DNA of 64,000 nucleotides from Octopus sinensis (GCF_006345805.1 NC_043000.1:44268001-44332000); one strand, 5' to 3'; numbered from the stretch's first letter, positions 24,221-40,866 are shown. Translations and numbers: made by a program. Notes: generated from the sequence alone by a model not told the origin.

Positions 24221-27200
24221 TATAATGATGATCATAATAATAATGACGATGACAATGATGATGAACTTATTGCATATAGTATTCTGATGGACTCTGTTCA
24301 AGAAGGAAAAATATAATGATCGCAAAAGTTTGCTGAAGTGCTTAGGGATATTGTGTGACATTTCACTGTCACAACTCTCAGTGATTTTGTCATCGTATAT
24401 GCTAAATTTGAATCACTACGGATTAATTATCATTGGTACTATGCATTCCACAAATAATTCAATTTAAGACTAATCAACATATACATTGGAAGTGTTACAT
24501 GCTTTATGAGAGACTCGTTCACACCTAAGTGTTGTAAGAGTCGTAGACGTCTTGTTATCATACCAATTTAGTTTAGTCGTTTGTTTCAACTCCTGTAGAT
24601 GCTGTTATCGGTAATTCATAATTGCAGCAACTGGCATTTTCCTCACTCGTCCTGATATATAATTGTAACTAAATAATTGTAACTACCATCAATTACATGA
24701 TTAGTATTTAAAAATTACTTTCGACTTGAAGCAGTAAATATTATCTAAAATTTTATACACGAGTGGCTCTGCAGATAATATTTTAAAAACATTATAGTTA
24801 TAAAATATGAATAGAATTTGAATTGTCCCAACATGATATAATCATATTCAATTGAAGATACGTTATTGAACTAGTATCTTCACTCGTTTATTTCTTTGTT
24901 GTAATGTGTAAATCCTATTGGACTCCAATATATTCGTCATTACTAAGAATATATTCTTTCACCACTTCAACTTATGAGCCGTAACAATTTTCAGAGAACC
25001 CAAATTTTCCAATGTTTACATTTTGGATTCATATATCACCTTGCGCAGGAATGAAAAGCAATTAGTATTGTATAAGTAATAAGTGTATTCTTTAGATATC
25101 TAAAAAAAATTTCAGATAATCGGGAAGTATTGAATGCTGAACTCTCCTCTCATTCCCATAATAAAATAATTAAAATCTGTAGTGCAGTGCCAACTTATGG
25201 AGGGTGGGGGTTCTAGAGCAATATCTATAGTGTATTTTTACGTAAGGTTGAGCAGGAATTGGTGAGTTATATCATTAAAAACAGGAATTTTCCGTGGAAT
25301 AAAGCCAAAACTTATCATTGGTCATTGACTACGGTAAACAGCAAAAAGAATCATATTATCAGGGATTGAGCAGACAAAGAACGCCTCGCCATTACCAAAC
25401 TATCTTTTACTTATGTATAACTGCTTGAAACATGTTTTCAACCAGTGAAATACTGATATGATTTGAAAGAACTCGTTATGTCTGAGAATTCGTTGGCATT
25501 GTAAGATCGATGGTGACATGACTAGTTCAATTATATTAAATACATTACATTTAAACTGCTTTATTTTCTGTATTTCATTCTTATGAATTGGTTTCGATTT
25601 CATTCAACATCTAGTACTACAAAATTTAGAAATATATTTCTCGAAAATTAATAATATAACATTTAAGTGCAGCAAATTTATAATCTGTGAGGTGGACAGG
25701 AAATATCAGTTTGGATTATTTAAGATGGATAGGGTTCAATATTTGCCGGAAGACTTCATAGAAAAGTGGACACCCTGCAACCAACCTAAGCAAAGGTGTC
25801 TCTGCGAAAACATATTTAGCAAACAACATCACCAGCCATGGACACCAAAACCTTCATATACTGTGGGAGCTTACACAGAAATTAAAATATATCACGCCCA
25901 GTATTTGTAACTTGTTTTCTAAAAGCTATAGCTATGTTGCTCGCTTTAGAGACAAAACTCCTGACAAATACTATGGGCACCAGACATACGTCTCCTTGCA
26001 CCAAGCCAACAACTTCTGTTGCAGCCACTTTTTGAATAGAGATAGGTTTATGTAGGTTGTTTTTACCACAGCACTTGAAACACTTTTAGCGTTCTGGCCA
26101 TGGATACATTACAACCTGGCGCTTTTTACATATAGTGAATTTTTGTAAATCGACAAACTGTATAATTTTAATTGCGGTTTACTCTGTAACATTTGAACTT
26201 TATGTTCTAGGTAAATTCATCTCAGCGGATCACTGGGAAGAGCTCGTCTTCTTCAATGTTCACCACATTTATTTTCTACTTTATTTCGATTATGTAAATT
26301 ATAGAATTTCGAAGACCGTTAGTTGAAACACTTGCCTCTGATTGCCAAACAAATCACTTAAAATTTAATATAAAGTTATGCCTCATAAAAGTTGTACTGA
26401 AATTTTGTCAGATAAAATTATTGCAATATTTTAGGCTAATAATTCTCTATATATTTAACTATAATCTCATGCTTATTTGTTAGTCTATAATCATCACACT
26501 AGAATTTCGTAAAAATTTTAAATAGATTAAAATAGTCAATACATATCGTAAATCAGAAATCGAGTATGCATGACTATTTTTTCGAAACATTCACTTTTCT
26601 GTTAATGTGCAAATCTGGAGCTATTTTATAATATATTCATATATGATTATGTCTATGGATCCTGCTATAAACAGTACACTGCTAGGATGCATATAGTACC
26701 TATGGGATATTATACAAATAATTTGTTTTAGAAATTTCCTTTCCCTTTTTACGTAGTTTCACTTCAATGATTCCTTCATTTTGATTATATATACTGATAT
26801 TTATCAAACCTATAAATTCTCCATTGCAAATCATATAGCTATTTTATTGCTTAAACCAATGACTGTTACCAACTAAATTTGTTTATATTTAACCTGAAAT
26901 AATGACTTCACGTGTCTAATTTAGGAGAATAGCGAAAAGAAAACACATTATAAATGTGAGACGATTTTACACATAACAATATATTATAAACTTTTTCCCA
27001 GGAAACACCGAGTTTCGTAGGCGTCCTTTGCAGGCATTAATTCACTTGCAGTTTGTATACCATTACAGTATAATGCTCACGTTAATAATTCCCTGCCATT
27101 TCCTGGTCAGGTTGTGTTCATTCTCATCCATATTCCCTTTCAGTTAGACCAATTCATTGCATTATGTTTATTTATTGAAATAGCATAAACCAAGAAAGCA

Positions 27201-28906
27201 AATCTACCTTCTGAAAACACTTTGCACTTTCTCAGACGCAAAAGAGCGTATTACACACCGTGTCATTCCTGTTGTTGATAAGTAGATGATATACTTCGTA
27301 AACCTCTTTATGTCTTTCTTTTGTTTTCAGACAGGCGTCTGATCTTGACGAAATAGCAATCTGAAGTAAAGATGGACGGCGGTGTATATTATTTAGTCCT
27401 ACTTACGCTATACTTATGAAAAACTTCGTAATAGTTGAGGCTGGAAAATACTTTTAACTTTCATTTAACAGCAATATCATTGTTAACCTGGGACTAAACA
27501 ACAAGACAATAAAAAATCCTAAAACGAAACCTAATTATATTCGAACTTATTCAACCAATATTTTAAATATTTTGACACTCTTCATGACACCTTTTATCAA
27601 CATCGTCTGATGAAATAAAATGAAATATCGATGCTCTTTGCGGGAAATATAATCAATTCTAACATATACAACTAATGCAGATTTCACGATAAATGGAAAG
27701 CATAAAAATGTCAATTTTTAAAGGGATTTCGTGATACATTTGAAAAATATTTTTTTCTTTTTTGCAGATGGAAAAATGATATAAAACTGAAATTGACATG
27801 TTATTGCTGTTTACTAGAGATAATCTGTATTGATTTAAAACAGCTGTATTACAATCGGCTACTCGGAAAGTAAATAAAAATAGATCAGATTATTTTTTTT
27901 ATTATTGCCCGAGAAAACGTATACAATTATCTCTTATCTTCATAAACTCAACAGCGTAACAATAGTAGCGAAAAACGAATGAAGTTTGACAGAAATGTGG
28001 TGAAAAATATAAATATTTTCAATTAAAACGCATGTACATTTGAGGGACGCAAAATGACAATTGTTCTTTACGTGTCTAAAAGCATTATAGCATTTTAACA
28101 TCTCATTTTTATTACATATGTTGTTAGTTCTATAGTTTATATAAAACTATTTTAAGTATAGAGCACGCAGGAGATTTTGTTTTGTTTGTGCATCAAAACT
28201 TTGAATACGGTGTTAACTGAAGTGATGTCCGCGAAAAATCTTTATAATTCATATGAAATTTCCTTAAGACTCATACTTTAAGAAAGTGAGTTTATAGAGT
28301 GCAATATATATCTAAATTGTAAATTGTAAATTGTAATTTGGTAGATTCATTACATACATATCGCATTAAATATTACACTCTTTTTCTCTGTTCGAAGGCA
28401 TCGTACCTACAGGGTTATATATTTCATCTTTTCTGTTTGGCAATATTTTCCAAGACTAGAATATGAACATTGTGGTGCAACATTGCATAGAGTCTTTTGA
28501 TAGCTTGTTATTTGCAATTTCCTATTATATTTCAACTTGAATCAGATTTGTTTAGTGCAGATGTTACATTTGAATTTACATCTAAATGTTGAAAAGTATG
28601 TGCTTCAAATACATTTATGTAATATATTTATTTATTATTTAGTATGGATCTTTGTTCGGGTAGCCATATAAAGTCATCAATTTTTTGTATGTGTTCTAAT
28701 CCGATATAAGATAATGCCTAATAATAGTGTTGTTATCCTCAATGAAATAACGTGTGTAACTTTCAAATCAATTTTCAATAATTTCTCAGACATAGATTTT
28801 CAAATATTTCAAGATAACTTTAACATGTCTGTTTCAAGGAGGGCCGCAACAGAGTAACTAACTAGCCTAATATTTCTATAGTTCTCTCTGTCATTCATTC
28901 CTTCAC

Positions 28907-29760
28907 TAATTTAGAAGTAGTCGCCCCAATGTAGAAGAAGACACCGGTACCGGAAGAAATTTTACAATGGTAAATGGAATTTCTGATTTTGGAATTGCTG
29001 GACAAGAACTTTAATCTGTTAGGGTTTACCTCCAAGACTATGACGATGTGGTAGTGTTAATGGTAGTAACGACAGCATTTCTAATAACAGTGGTAGTATT
29101 GATGATAACAACCCCAGCATTCCTATTGTCAGGAAAATTGCCGACGATAGTACTATTAATAGTAATGACAATAATAGGAATAGTATAGTGGTCAATGCTA
29201 GCAATAATATTAACAGCAATCATAACAATAAAACTCCGTCTTAGTCTCGGTGGTAAACCCTAACAGATTAAATTTCCAAAATCAGAAATTCCATTTACCA
29301 GTGTAAAATTTCTTCCGGTACCGGTGTCTTCTTCTACATTGGGGCGACTACTTCTAAATTAGCCCAGAGGATTTCCAATCATTATTCAACTTTCCGAGAT
29401 AAGAGAAAACAACAAAGCGCAGGACTAAGTAAATTAGTTTGGCGTCTTAAGGACAGCAATATAACTTTCAAGCTGGAATGGTCCATATTGTCTGTATCCT
29501 TTCCGTTTGATAAGGGCAGAAAATTTTGTGGCGTCTGTAATTCCGAACTTTTCCATATACTTTTCGCCAAATTCCCTTTAGTAAATACAATGGTTGAAAA
29601 ATCCTATAGGTGCATGCACTGGCAGAAACACACCTTTCACTCATATGAATGATGATTAATATAGATAACCTCCTTGAATTTAATAATTTGGTTCCACTTA
29701 TACAACGCCACAATAGACAAATTTTATACTCATGAAGGACTACTACCAAATTTGTTAGGG
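28907..29760 (+). mobile_element. PLE 3' fragment: Asn-rich linker plus GIY-YIG, with an inverted 5' duplicate
   Basis: Open frame KIRNSIYQCKISSGTGVFFYIGATTSKLAQRISNHYSTFRDK...LSKLVWRLKD...WSIL...KFCGVCNSELFHIL...RCMHWQK; 28907-29042 is the reverse complement of 29238-29362. Confidence 0.9.
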
Positions 29761-30379
29761 TATGTTTTACCTTTGTCTCTCTACCTCTCTCTCCTCTCTC
29801 TCTCTCTCCCTCTCTATCGTAAGCACAATCAAACACACAGACACAAATCTGTCACTTCACCACTAGTTGTTTTTGGCATCTACCCAACCAGACACACAAT
29901 CACGCACACACATACACACACATAGACACGATTGCAGTTATATACATACACACACATAGACACTCAATATCATTAGCAAAAGAAAACAACAACACATCAC
30001 CATTCATATGACTTGAACCCTGTCACCTTCCTATTCTTAGATCTCTCCCCTTCCAACCTTGTTTGAACTCTTGAACTTTCTAGAATCTTCTACATTCAAT
30101 AATCTTTGATGTCACTGCTTATAACGGAATATTTTAAAGAGACACTCATTATCGCTATGGACTCCGTGTGGGCAGTCATTTAAAAGATTTTGTTCAAAAT
30201 GATGCTGACATAAGTTCCTTGTCTTTCCTGATGAGAAGGCGGCATAATGCACCCCTTATTCCTTCGAAATTAGGAATATGCAGTCTTCGAAACATATGTC
30301 GAGAATAAAGGAATTTTGTTAAATCGTCGTTCAACTCCATTCTTTCATTTATATATATATATATATATATATATAAATA

Positions 30380-30415
<36 letters not shown>

Positions 30416-30417
30416 CG

Positions 30418-30626
30418 TGTGTGTGTGTCTTCGTGTCTGTGTTTGTGCCCTCGTCACTGTTTGACAACTAGTGTTGGAGTGTTTATGTCCCTATAACCTT
30501 GCGGTTCGGCAATACAGTTCGATAGAATAAGTATTAAGGTTAACAAATAAGCCGTGACTAAAACCCTTCAAGACGGTACTTCAGCATAGTTAAATGACGG
30601 TAACAAGTAAAACAGTAAAAGAATAT
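30418..30626 (+). mobile_element. 3' half of a CORE-type SINE
   Basis: tgtttgacaactagtgttggagtgtttatgtccctataaccttgcggttcggc...gatagaataagt matches the 3' half of 7693-8098 and 42147-42566. Confidence 0.75.
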
Positions 30627-32544
30627 ACATATATGTGTAATTCTGTGTGTATCTCTGTGTGTGCTTGTGCATGTTTCTCTAAGTGTGTTTATATGTGTTC
30701 GTGCGCAGAACGTGTTGATTAATATTATTAGGCTACATAGATCTTCTTACAGTTTTTTTTATCACATACATGCAAACAGTCAAAATGTACATGGGGGCTG
30801 TTCCTGCTTCGTAACACACCTTGTTCACTAAACATATTTATATATGTTTATTTCGGATTTTATAGAAAAGATCAGTTATTTTATATTCGATTTGTCTCTA
30901 CGTAAATGTTAAACAAGGTATCTGGTCTAACTAGCTTATAGGAATCTCTGATCTTAATGGATTTATAAGCATGTAAGTGAATTTAAAGTTTGTACGCGCG
31001 TACTATGTAAAATGATTAAACTTAGGCATCGTTGTTCCCTCCTTTTTTTATCAGCATAATCACCGTTCAGACGAATGGTTTACTTATGTCGTAATGCGCA
31101 GTGTTGAGTAACTCATACATATATACCATACAGCAGTATATCAAGGAACCAATATATTTCTACACCATTGATTTGAAACGTGTTCACCATTAAACTTAGT
31201 TAAACTGTTGTCTAAAATGATATGTAAATATGTTCTATACCGCATTTTAGGAATGAAAGGAAAGTTCCATTACGAAATAATAATTTAACACACACATACA
31301 AATATACAACGATACTGGCATAAAATGAAACTGAGACACACGCAAATACACACATACTTTCAGCTGAGCATGTTCATATATATGTCTATATTACTGCATT
31401 TTATTGATGCGTCATTATAAGTACGTATATAACATCAGCGTTTTCACAATAACGTTGTATGATTTTTTACGTTAAAAGATTAGCGCCACGAATAAATAGA
31501 AACCGATTCTCACAAAATTGTACTTTATAATATCAAATAGTTATCACGCCTCTGTTTAAATTTTTTCACATATTGTAAACGTTTCTGTAATTTTACATCA
31601 GTATGCATGTTCATTATGCACGTTTACGATAATTGCTCATTGCGGATGAAACATTAGTCGTCGTTGAATCAGAAAATCTCTCGGTTTGCTTCTCTTACAT
31701 GAATTATTATTCTTTCTAAAGACAGTAGCACTTCCACTTGATTTAGCTCATCTGTATAAAATATATAGAGTACTGAAATGATATTATAACTTTGTCAATA
31801 ATTCAATTGCAAATTACAGGAGGTATATAGATAGCATTAAACCATAAATGTTGTGATATGAAATGAAGGTACGACGAAGAATGAAAACCTCACATATAAT
31901 AGTTCTTTGTCAGAATACATACACTCTACGTGTAATCAAATCTTCAAATAAATTGTTATTGATAATGCACAATTATAATATCATACGTGAGAATACTGGC
32001 CACTAGAAATTTGAATATTTTTTCTTTGAAATTTATGAATGCAGACAATTAAGTTTAAGGAATTCATTGCAAAAATCAAAGATCTCAATAATACTGTCTG
32101 GTTGTATATGTGCATGAATACAATCTCCGTTGTTTAATTTAATTATTTCTAAATATTTTATAATGAATCGTTGCGGTAAAATGGCTATAAAATATAAGTG
32201 CTATAAAAATTTGTATAAAAAAGAAACTAAATCACTGATTTGACAGAATTTCTTCGTTCCAGAATGAAAGAAGTAGAATAAAACAAATTGAGATTGGCGG
32301 ATGGACAATCAAATAAGTTTTAAAAACAGAAATAAAAATGTCTGCAAATAATTACTCTAAATTTGAAATATTTATTGTGATGACAGTTTTATATGTTACA
32401 CTGGGCATCAAATTATGTGACCATTTACGCAAAATTATAATTTATTTAAATTCATAAAAATCTAGGAGAAAAAAATCAGTTTATATCTACATATGGTATA
32501 ATAATGCACATGACACGCACATTGCATCCCACATATATTGCGTA

Positions 32545-32580
<36 letters not shown>

Positions 32581-32647
32581 GAGAGAGAGAGAGCGAGAGA
32601 GAAAGAGAGAGAGGCAGATACATACATACACACACACATACACACAT

Positions 32648-32688
<41 letters not shown>

Positions 32689-33849
32689 CACACAACATAT
32701 ATATAGGGATAGATAGATATGGCATCAATTTAGATTCATTTAATTGATCTATATATTCAAACTAAAGTATTTACATAGTGCAAGGAAACATGATATCTGA
32801 AAATATAAAAAAAAATATGAAACTAACCTCAGTGAATTTATCTAGGAAATATTTCTGATGCATTCTGTTCAATATTAATTGCTGTCAGATATTAAAAAAT
32901 CAACACACTTTCAAACCTCGCAAGTTTATTAACCTTGTGAAGGAAAGAAAATGTCGTTCGTGTGTGGAAACTAATGGGAACGGAATAATTAAAATAATTT
33001 AAGGCGAGGAAAACAAAATTTGTAGCATTACTAACAGCAACAAAAAGAGCACAAATGACATGAAACCTATAACTAACACTATAAAGTGTTTAATAAACAT
33101 ATGACAACTTGTAAATATGAAAATTTTCGTCTGCAAACAGATTTAATACCTTTCAATCAGAGAGAGTAAATCTATTTATAATAACTGTTGGGAATATCCT
33201 ACATTAGTCGTCAAATGATTGTCGAAAACGAAGTAAAATATCTATTACATTTTTGTGAGTCTATACACACATGCCTTCATATGTGTGTTTGTGTGTGTGT
33301 ATGCATATGTAATATAAATGAATCAAACATACTCATATAGATAGCTAGACAGTTACATATATAAATATTATATATACGTGTATGTATGTTGTGTTTTGTG
33401 TGTATGTGTATAAGCAATGTGCAATAACATTTAACACGGTACGGTTTTCCGTTGCATTTTAAGCAGAAAATATTGCCCGTACGGTGTTAAATATAATTAA
33501 TAATGCACAATGCATTAGATGTGTGTGATAAATAAAATGAATTTGTTAGAATATCTGTTAAACTTCGTTGTGATCATCTTATATAATACTTTGACATTTA
33601 CGGTAATCTCTTTCTTAAAATCGGTAATCTCTTTCTTAACATCCTCATATTCGTTGGGCTACTGATTACGAATTTCGAGTGACGTACTTAATGAAATACT
33701 TAATACTTACTTAACTCATAAGTCTGCAAGCCTCTTTATTATAGACAATCGACAATGTTTTATGAAGCTAAGGTTAGCCAATTAAACGTAGAGCAAAACA
33801 TCAAATCAAAAAAGAAAAAAATCTATGATATACCCGATATTAGTTAAGT

Positions 33850-36050
33850 GTAACAAGCGACCGATGGTGGAGATAATGTAAATTGATGAAAGTGTAAGTG
33901 ATCGTGGTCGACAAGGCCATTGATGGAATTGATGTTGTAGTGGGCATGGGTGGCATTTATTAGCTATATAAAGCTGTGGTCGTTAAGACAGAAATAGAAT
34001 TTGTGGAAATTGCGACGTGTTCCGGTATCATGAGGCAGAGGAAATGGTTGTGGGATAGATGGTCGAGCACCGAAGAAAGTAATGCCAAAGGCAAACTCGA
34101 AAAGACGGCCGTTCGGCATAAACTATACATTACGGGAACGACAACGTTAAAACTAATGTGAACTGCTAGAACATTCCTTGAAGGGAGATGCCAGGAGAAA
34201 TATCGAGAGGAAACTAAATAGATCGACTGAATGGGTTAGTTTGTGTTTTCGATAATAGAGTTTCAGCACAGGAAGCGAAACCCAAGCCCATGATATATTT
34301 TCAGGAGTTGAATGGACATATAACGCATATGTTCGGTGAAGTTGAAAGTAATAGTGAGGCGAATCTGCCAGATTTTGCAATTGCCGATATAAATAATCAT
34401 ATTTACACACTACTTAAAACGTTGTGGATACAAATGCGAGATACAAATGCAGTACGCACAGTCTGATAAGTCTAAGAGTCGGGCTGAATTCAACTTCAAA
34501 ACTCAGATATGTGGCCATATGGTGAATTAGGAAATATGATCAAGATGAAGGATGCCACCACTTCCACTATAGATAGTTTACTTGATGAGATAGCAGTTTT
34601 GGCAATGGCGGATGAGAGTAATTCTTAGAAAGTTTGGATTTATTGCGAAATCGCTGTACCGGCAGAGGTTGTGGGGAAGCTGGCGGAGACAAAAGCTGAA
34701 CAGGCTCTTGCTTTACAGAAGCAACTACTATCGCATTGCAGATGTCTCTAGAGAGCATATAACAATATAAAAAGACGAGTCAGATGGTTAATCTCGTGTA
34801 ATGTGGTGGGAGAGGCACTGTTGTCATAATGCAAGTATTTCTGGAGATAATGAGAGTAAAGTAACCCAATAATAGGATGTGACCAAATATGAGAAAAGCG
34901 AGTGCATGGTGTGATGCGAGTTTTACAGTGATAGAAGTCATTGTGGAAATAGTTGCTACTGAGGCGAAGAATGAAATATGACTCATGGCGAAAATGATTG
35001 CAATTATATGAGTAAAGCTAGTGGTGTCACAGATCCCAATTCAGAAGAACACACGAACTATATAAGCTGCAGAAATGGTAGTAAATCTTTATTTAAGAAT
35101 AATGTAAAAACTAAGTCGAGCCTGAAGATGATGGATGTCATATGGCATGGAAAAAAGAAAAGGGGAATATACTTTACAGTTAAAAATGTATTGGATGGAG
35201 ATGCTTGAGATTCACACTGTTGGAATATTAAGTATCCAGATTTTCAGAAACTGCATAGCATGCCCCATATACGAGAAGAACCATTTGGGAAGTGGTGGGA
35301 ATCTATCGCCAGTGTCAGTCATTCTACTGGTTATACAATCTTCATGAAACAAGGAAATTCTGGCAGAGAAAGAATGAAAGAGACTGGCAATTGATATGAT
35401 GCATTACCAGAGAATATCGTACCTCATGTTGATCGACTATAAAAACTACACAAACTGTGATATCAAGAAAAAGCAGGACTGGGGCTGCCACTGCAATTGT
35501 ACGTGTGCTGAGTCATTCCTAGAACAGAGCCGGCGGTCATGCTACATATGGACAATAGCACCGCACTATGTTCGAGTGTGGAGAAAAATGTACTCGGCTG
35601 GTTGAACTTCAGAAGCTTTGAGAAGTTGGACATAGACCAAAGGGAAATATGGTTGCTGTAAGACACTATCACGCAAATAACCGCATTATTGCAAGAGGGT
35701 GAATCTCTACCATTCAGGTAAGTTTCAAGTACATGTCACTGAGGAATAGTTTCTAGATAGAAGAGTTTTCAATTATGATGTCGGGCACGGTAACATCGCG
35801 TTTCGAAGAATTTGCATCCATTCAAATAGGGAATGAGTTTTGCGTTAAACCAACCAATGGGCAGTACTCGGGGTGACTAAAGGGAACTCCCAAAACAACG
35901 TATTAATTGATTGAATGCAATCACACGCTCTGCTCTACGTAGGACGGTTAGCTCTTAAGACGATGACGAATTAAGAGACGATGAGGCCAGCATCAGAGTC
36001 TTGCAATCGGAAAGAGTGTGACGTTCACCTGAGTGTATGGACAACTGAGA
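33850..36050 (+). mobile_element. Decayed Gypsy-type LTR retrotransposon pol (protease-RT-RNase H-integrase)
   Basis: VIVVDKAIDGIDVVVGMG (protease end), FQELNGH and VGLNST (RT), SAWCDASF (RNase H), RLAIDMMHYQRISYLMLID, MLHMDNSTAL and HRPKGNMVAVRH (integrase). Many stops; no LTRs identified. Confidence 0.8.
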
Positions 36051-36739
36051 AAATCGTTAAATAATTTTAGTAACACTAAATTTATAGCATTGTCGGTTAA
36101 GCGGTCAACGTGTCAAGGGAGTGGAAGAGAAAAGTTAATTGAGCTAAAGAAAAGGAACAGACATAATGTGAGCAAGATTTGAGTAATTTTATGAAATAAG
36201 TTTGTCGACGGGAAATTCGAGCGTTTGGTGTCTCTGTATTCTAGCATTCAACTGTACACGATGTATATGCTTTCATTTATATGCCTAAAAGCTACGTACT
36301 TAAAGCTGCGAAATATGTATTGACATGGCGCCTATTTTATATTTCAACATATTTGTTTCAGTTCTTCAGAACGATATTTCATAATTATTCATTGCAAATA
36401 AATCATTTTTGAAAGACTGGACGTGAGAGATTTTAGTTTGTATTAAAAGAAAAGAAAATTCTGACAAAGAACCGATATCGCATGATTCTCGTCGCTTTAA
36501 TGTTGATGGAGCATACAAACTGAAATTATTGATTTCAAATTTAATAGAACATATTGCCATACCTGTCGATATATATATACACACACACATGCACACACAT
36601 ATACAAACACACACACACAGCTCTTTAAGATACGAAAGTAGTTACTATATTAAGAAGTAAAGTTAATCGCCACATAAATATTGCTGTTCCTCATTACTAC
36701 TGTTGTTAACATGGAAGAACCTCCTCCAGCTGGTTATCG

Positions 36740-37810
<1,071 letters not shown>

Positions 37811-38889
37811 GATATATCACAATCTTAATTGACCATAACGCATTACTTCCTTCAGTTGTAGAGACGTTATTTACCTCCGGCCTAACAGTAATATAGGTGC
37901 GAAATCAATGGTTGCTATCTGACTTTCCCTAATTCACTATTTCCAACAATCTAATACAAGTAAATGTAAGTACAATACAAATTCCAGCTAAATCCTCATG
38001 CACCACAGGTAAATTTAATAATCCTTTTGTAGAATTTTAAGAAATTCAAAGTATTTAATATCAAATCGTAATATGTGCGAAGAAAATCATATCTTTGTTT
38101 TAGATCGCATCTTAAAAATCCAAGAATTGTTTCAATTGCATTAACATACAGACCTACATACACACACATATATTTGGATACACTTTTATTTATAAAATAT
38201 TACATACAATATTATTAAGATTAATGATATTTTCTACGAAAATATAAGCCAACACAATATTATGAAGGTAATCCAAATTGGTAAAATTCCAATTGAATCT
38301 ATAAAAAAATTTAGCTGTTACTAAATATTAACAAAACGAAACGCCGAATCAAATTTAATTTTAGATATTAGTTTAACAAAGAGTGACATCATTGAAAATA
38401 TAAGTTACATTATAAAAATAAAAGATGAAAAATACCATACTAATTAAATAACATTATATATAAATAAAATAAAGTTATAATTGAAGTTATATAATTACTT
38501 CTAAATTCATTTTATTGTATTTTGAAAGACACTTACTTTAAGATGTAGCCATAAATTCAGAAAGACATGATAAATTTTAATAGTTATACAATAAGATTAA
38601 TTCCTATTTAAGTGTTTAATACAAAGAGTAAATAATTAATTTATCCATTAAAGTATCCATTAAAGATAACGTAAAATTGTATATATTAATTTTTAAAATA
38701 TTTCAATTAGCATAAAATAGGTTCGTCTGTAATTATTATTTTTTAGTCATCTAGTATGATTATTGGTGGCTTTATATGTTGCTGAATATAATAATTTTTC
38801 AACTATTACATATGAAGGTTAAATCCTGTAAAATGATTTAATTATTTATTTACTACAAAGTTTAACATACTCACTGAAACAATACAGAC

Positions 38890-39760
38890 AAAAACTGTCA
38901 AAAAACTGTCTCACAATGAGGGCGTTGTTTGCAGGCGCATTGTCATGATAAAAGCACCGCTCTCCACTTTGCTGCATGTCGGGGCGATTTCCTTTCACCA
39001 TGTCTCGCAAACGTTTCAGAACTGCCAAGTAGAAGGTCTTATTAACAGTTTGAACAGGAAAAAACTAAGTCTGTGTGGACAATTCCTTGCGCATCGATGA
39101 AACAGATCAGCATCGTCTGGAGATTGGATTTCACTTGATTTGTCTTTTTAGAAGCCTGGTGCTATTGGATGCTTCCATGGACTTGACTGCTGTCACATTT
39201 CCAGGTCGAACCTGTAGCATCAGCTTTTGTTACCAGTGATGACCTTCAGAAAATGGGTGGATCAAATTTTAAGCGAGGCACATATTTTGCTGCAACACTT
39301 TTCATTCGCAATTCCTTGCTCGAAGTTCCTTGGCAGGTGCTTCAGGATACATTAGTCATATCAATATGTTCATCAATTTTTCGGCGAAGGTCCTTCAAGA
39401 TTAGTTCATGAACCTTCATGATGTTTTCACTCGTTCCGGCGCTCAACAACCACGCAGAACGAGATTGGTTTTCAAGTGACAAGTAACCATTCCTAAAGCG
39501 TGAACACCCCTCGTAAAGTTGTGTTTGCTCATAGGAGCTTCCTTGTAAACTGTTTGAAGCATGACATATTTTTCCGCGGCTGTTTTCCCTATCAGAATAC
39601 AGAATTTCACGGAATTTCACAGATGCTTACATCGCTTCAGCCATAGCAAAAATCGGCGAAGAAGGGAGAAGCACTTTCAAATAAAGAGGCACCCCGTGGC
39701 AGTACGAATTCACTCGACTGAGGGTCACTCCATCTGGCTTTTAGTGGTGGAAGCCTGAAC
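38890..39760 (-). mobile_element. Mariner transposase relic
   Basis: Minus strand: HELILKDLRRKI, LVTKADATG (VTGDE region), FYLAVLKRLRDMVKGNRPDMQQSGERCFYHDNAPA; 3' part missing. Confidence 0.88.
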
Positions 39761-40820
39761 TACAACGGACGTGTCCCACAGAGAGCGTTTCCAGTTTCTT
39801 TCATTCCACATTTGTATGCATATATATATATATGTGAAACAGAGAAAGGGAGAGTGTGTGTACGTGTTAATGCTTCCTATTTATGCACCTATTTACATGA
39901 AACTATATAAATTTCCTTTTATATGTAGCTGTAAAACAAATTTACGATTTTTAGATTTGGAAAAACCATCTCAAATTAAGTCTTAATCAAGCGTATTCAT
40001 TCAACATCTGTTGAAATGAGTTCCTCTCCATTAATGATTGTGTACTTAGTGCATATCATATATGTATCTCTAAATATCACTCCCTCTCTCTCCTCTTTTC
40101 TCTCTCTGTCACTATGTCTCCCTTTCACGATGTTTATGGCTTGCAAGCCGATATAATTTTCTATTTCCTCTAATTTCATATGATGGAATTGAACAAAAAT
40201 TAATTGCTGGTAGATATAGTGGCGTGTTGAAGATTATTGCAAGAAGGACTATCCTTATTTACGTTTATTTTCAGTCAATTATAATAATAAATTAATAGAA
40301 ACATTTTTACTCCTGCTATGAAATACTGACAAAACTGTACATTCATACACTGTAGATACATAAACAATTTGAATAATTATTTGTGCTTCCAAACTTTCTC
40401 AGAGTAAGCTGAGTTACATGAAGATTGAGGAGAGCACTACAACGTATATTCATCATAACTGTCTGCGAGTATATTAAGGTAGATGGATTTGATGACATTT
40501 TACAATGTACAATAATTATAAAGTGACAGATGCGTATACATTCCACATATATAAGCATTAAATGGAATCATTTCCTTAGTCAATTCAAAAATATTCCGTT
40601 TTAAGTTGAAAACTGGAGCTGCTAATCAAGTACTTTCACAATAATATTTGTATATATTCATATCAAATTTCATTGTCAGCATTAAATCTCTCTCTCTCTC
40701 TCACACACACACATAATCATATATATATATACGCACATACATACATACACCAACACACACACACGCACACACACACACGCACGCACAGACACACAGACAC
40801 ACAGACACACAGACACACAG

Positions 40821-40866
<46 letters not shown>

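Noticed and set aside
25692-26130. Higher-complexity stretch with a 72-aa ORF
   Set aside because: No motif was recognised in any frame. It is probably an old TE fragment but cannot be supported.
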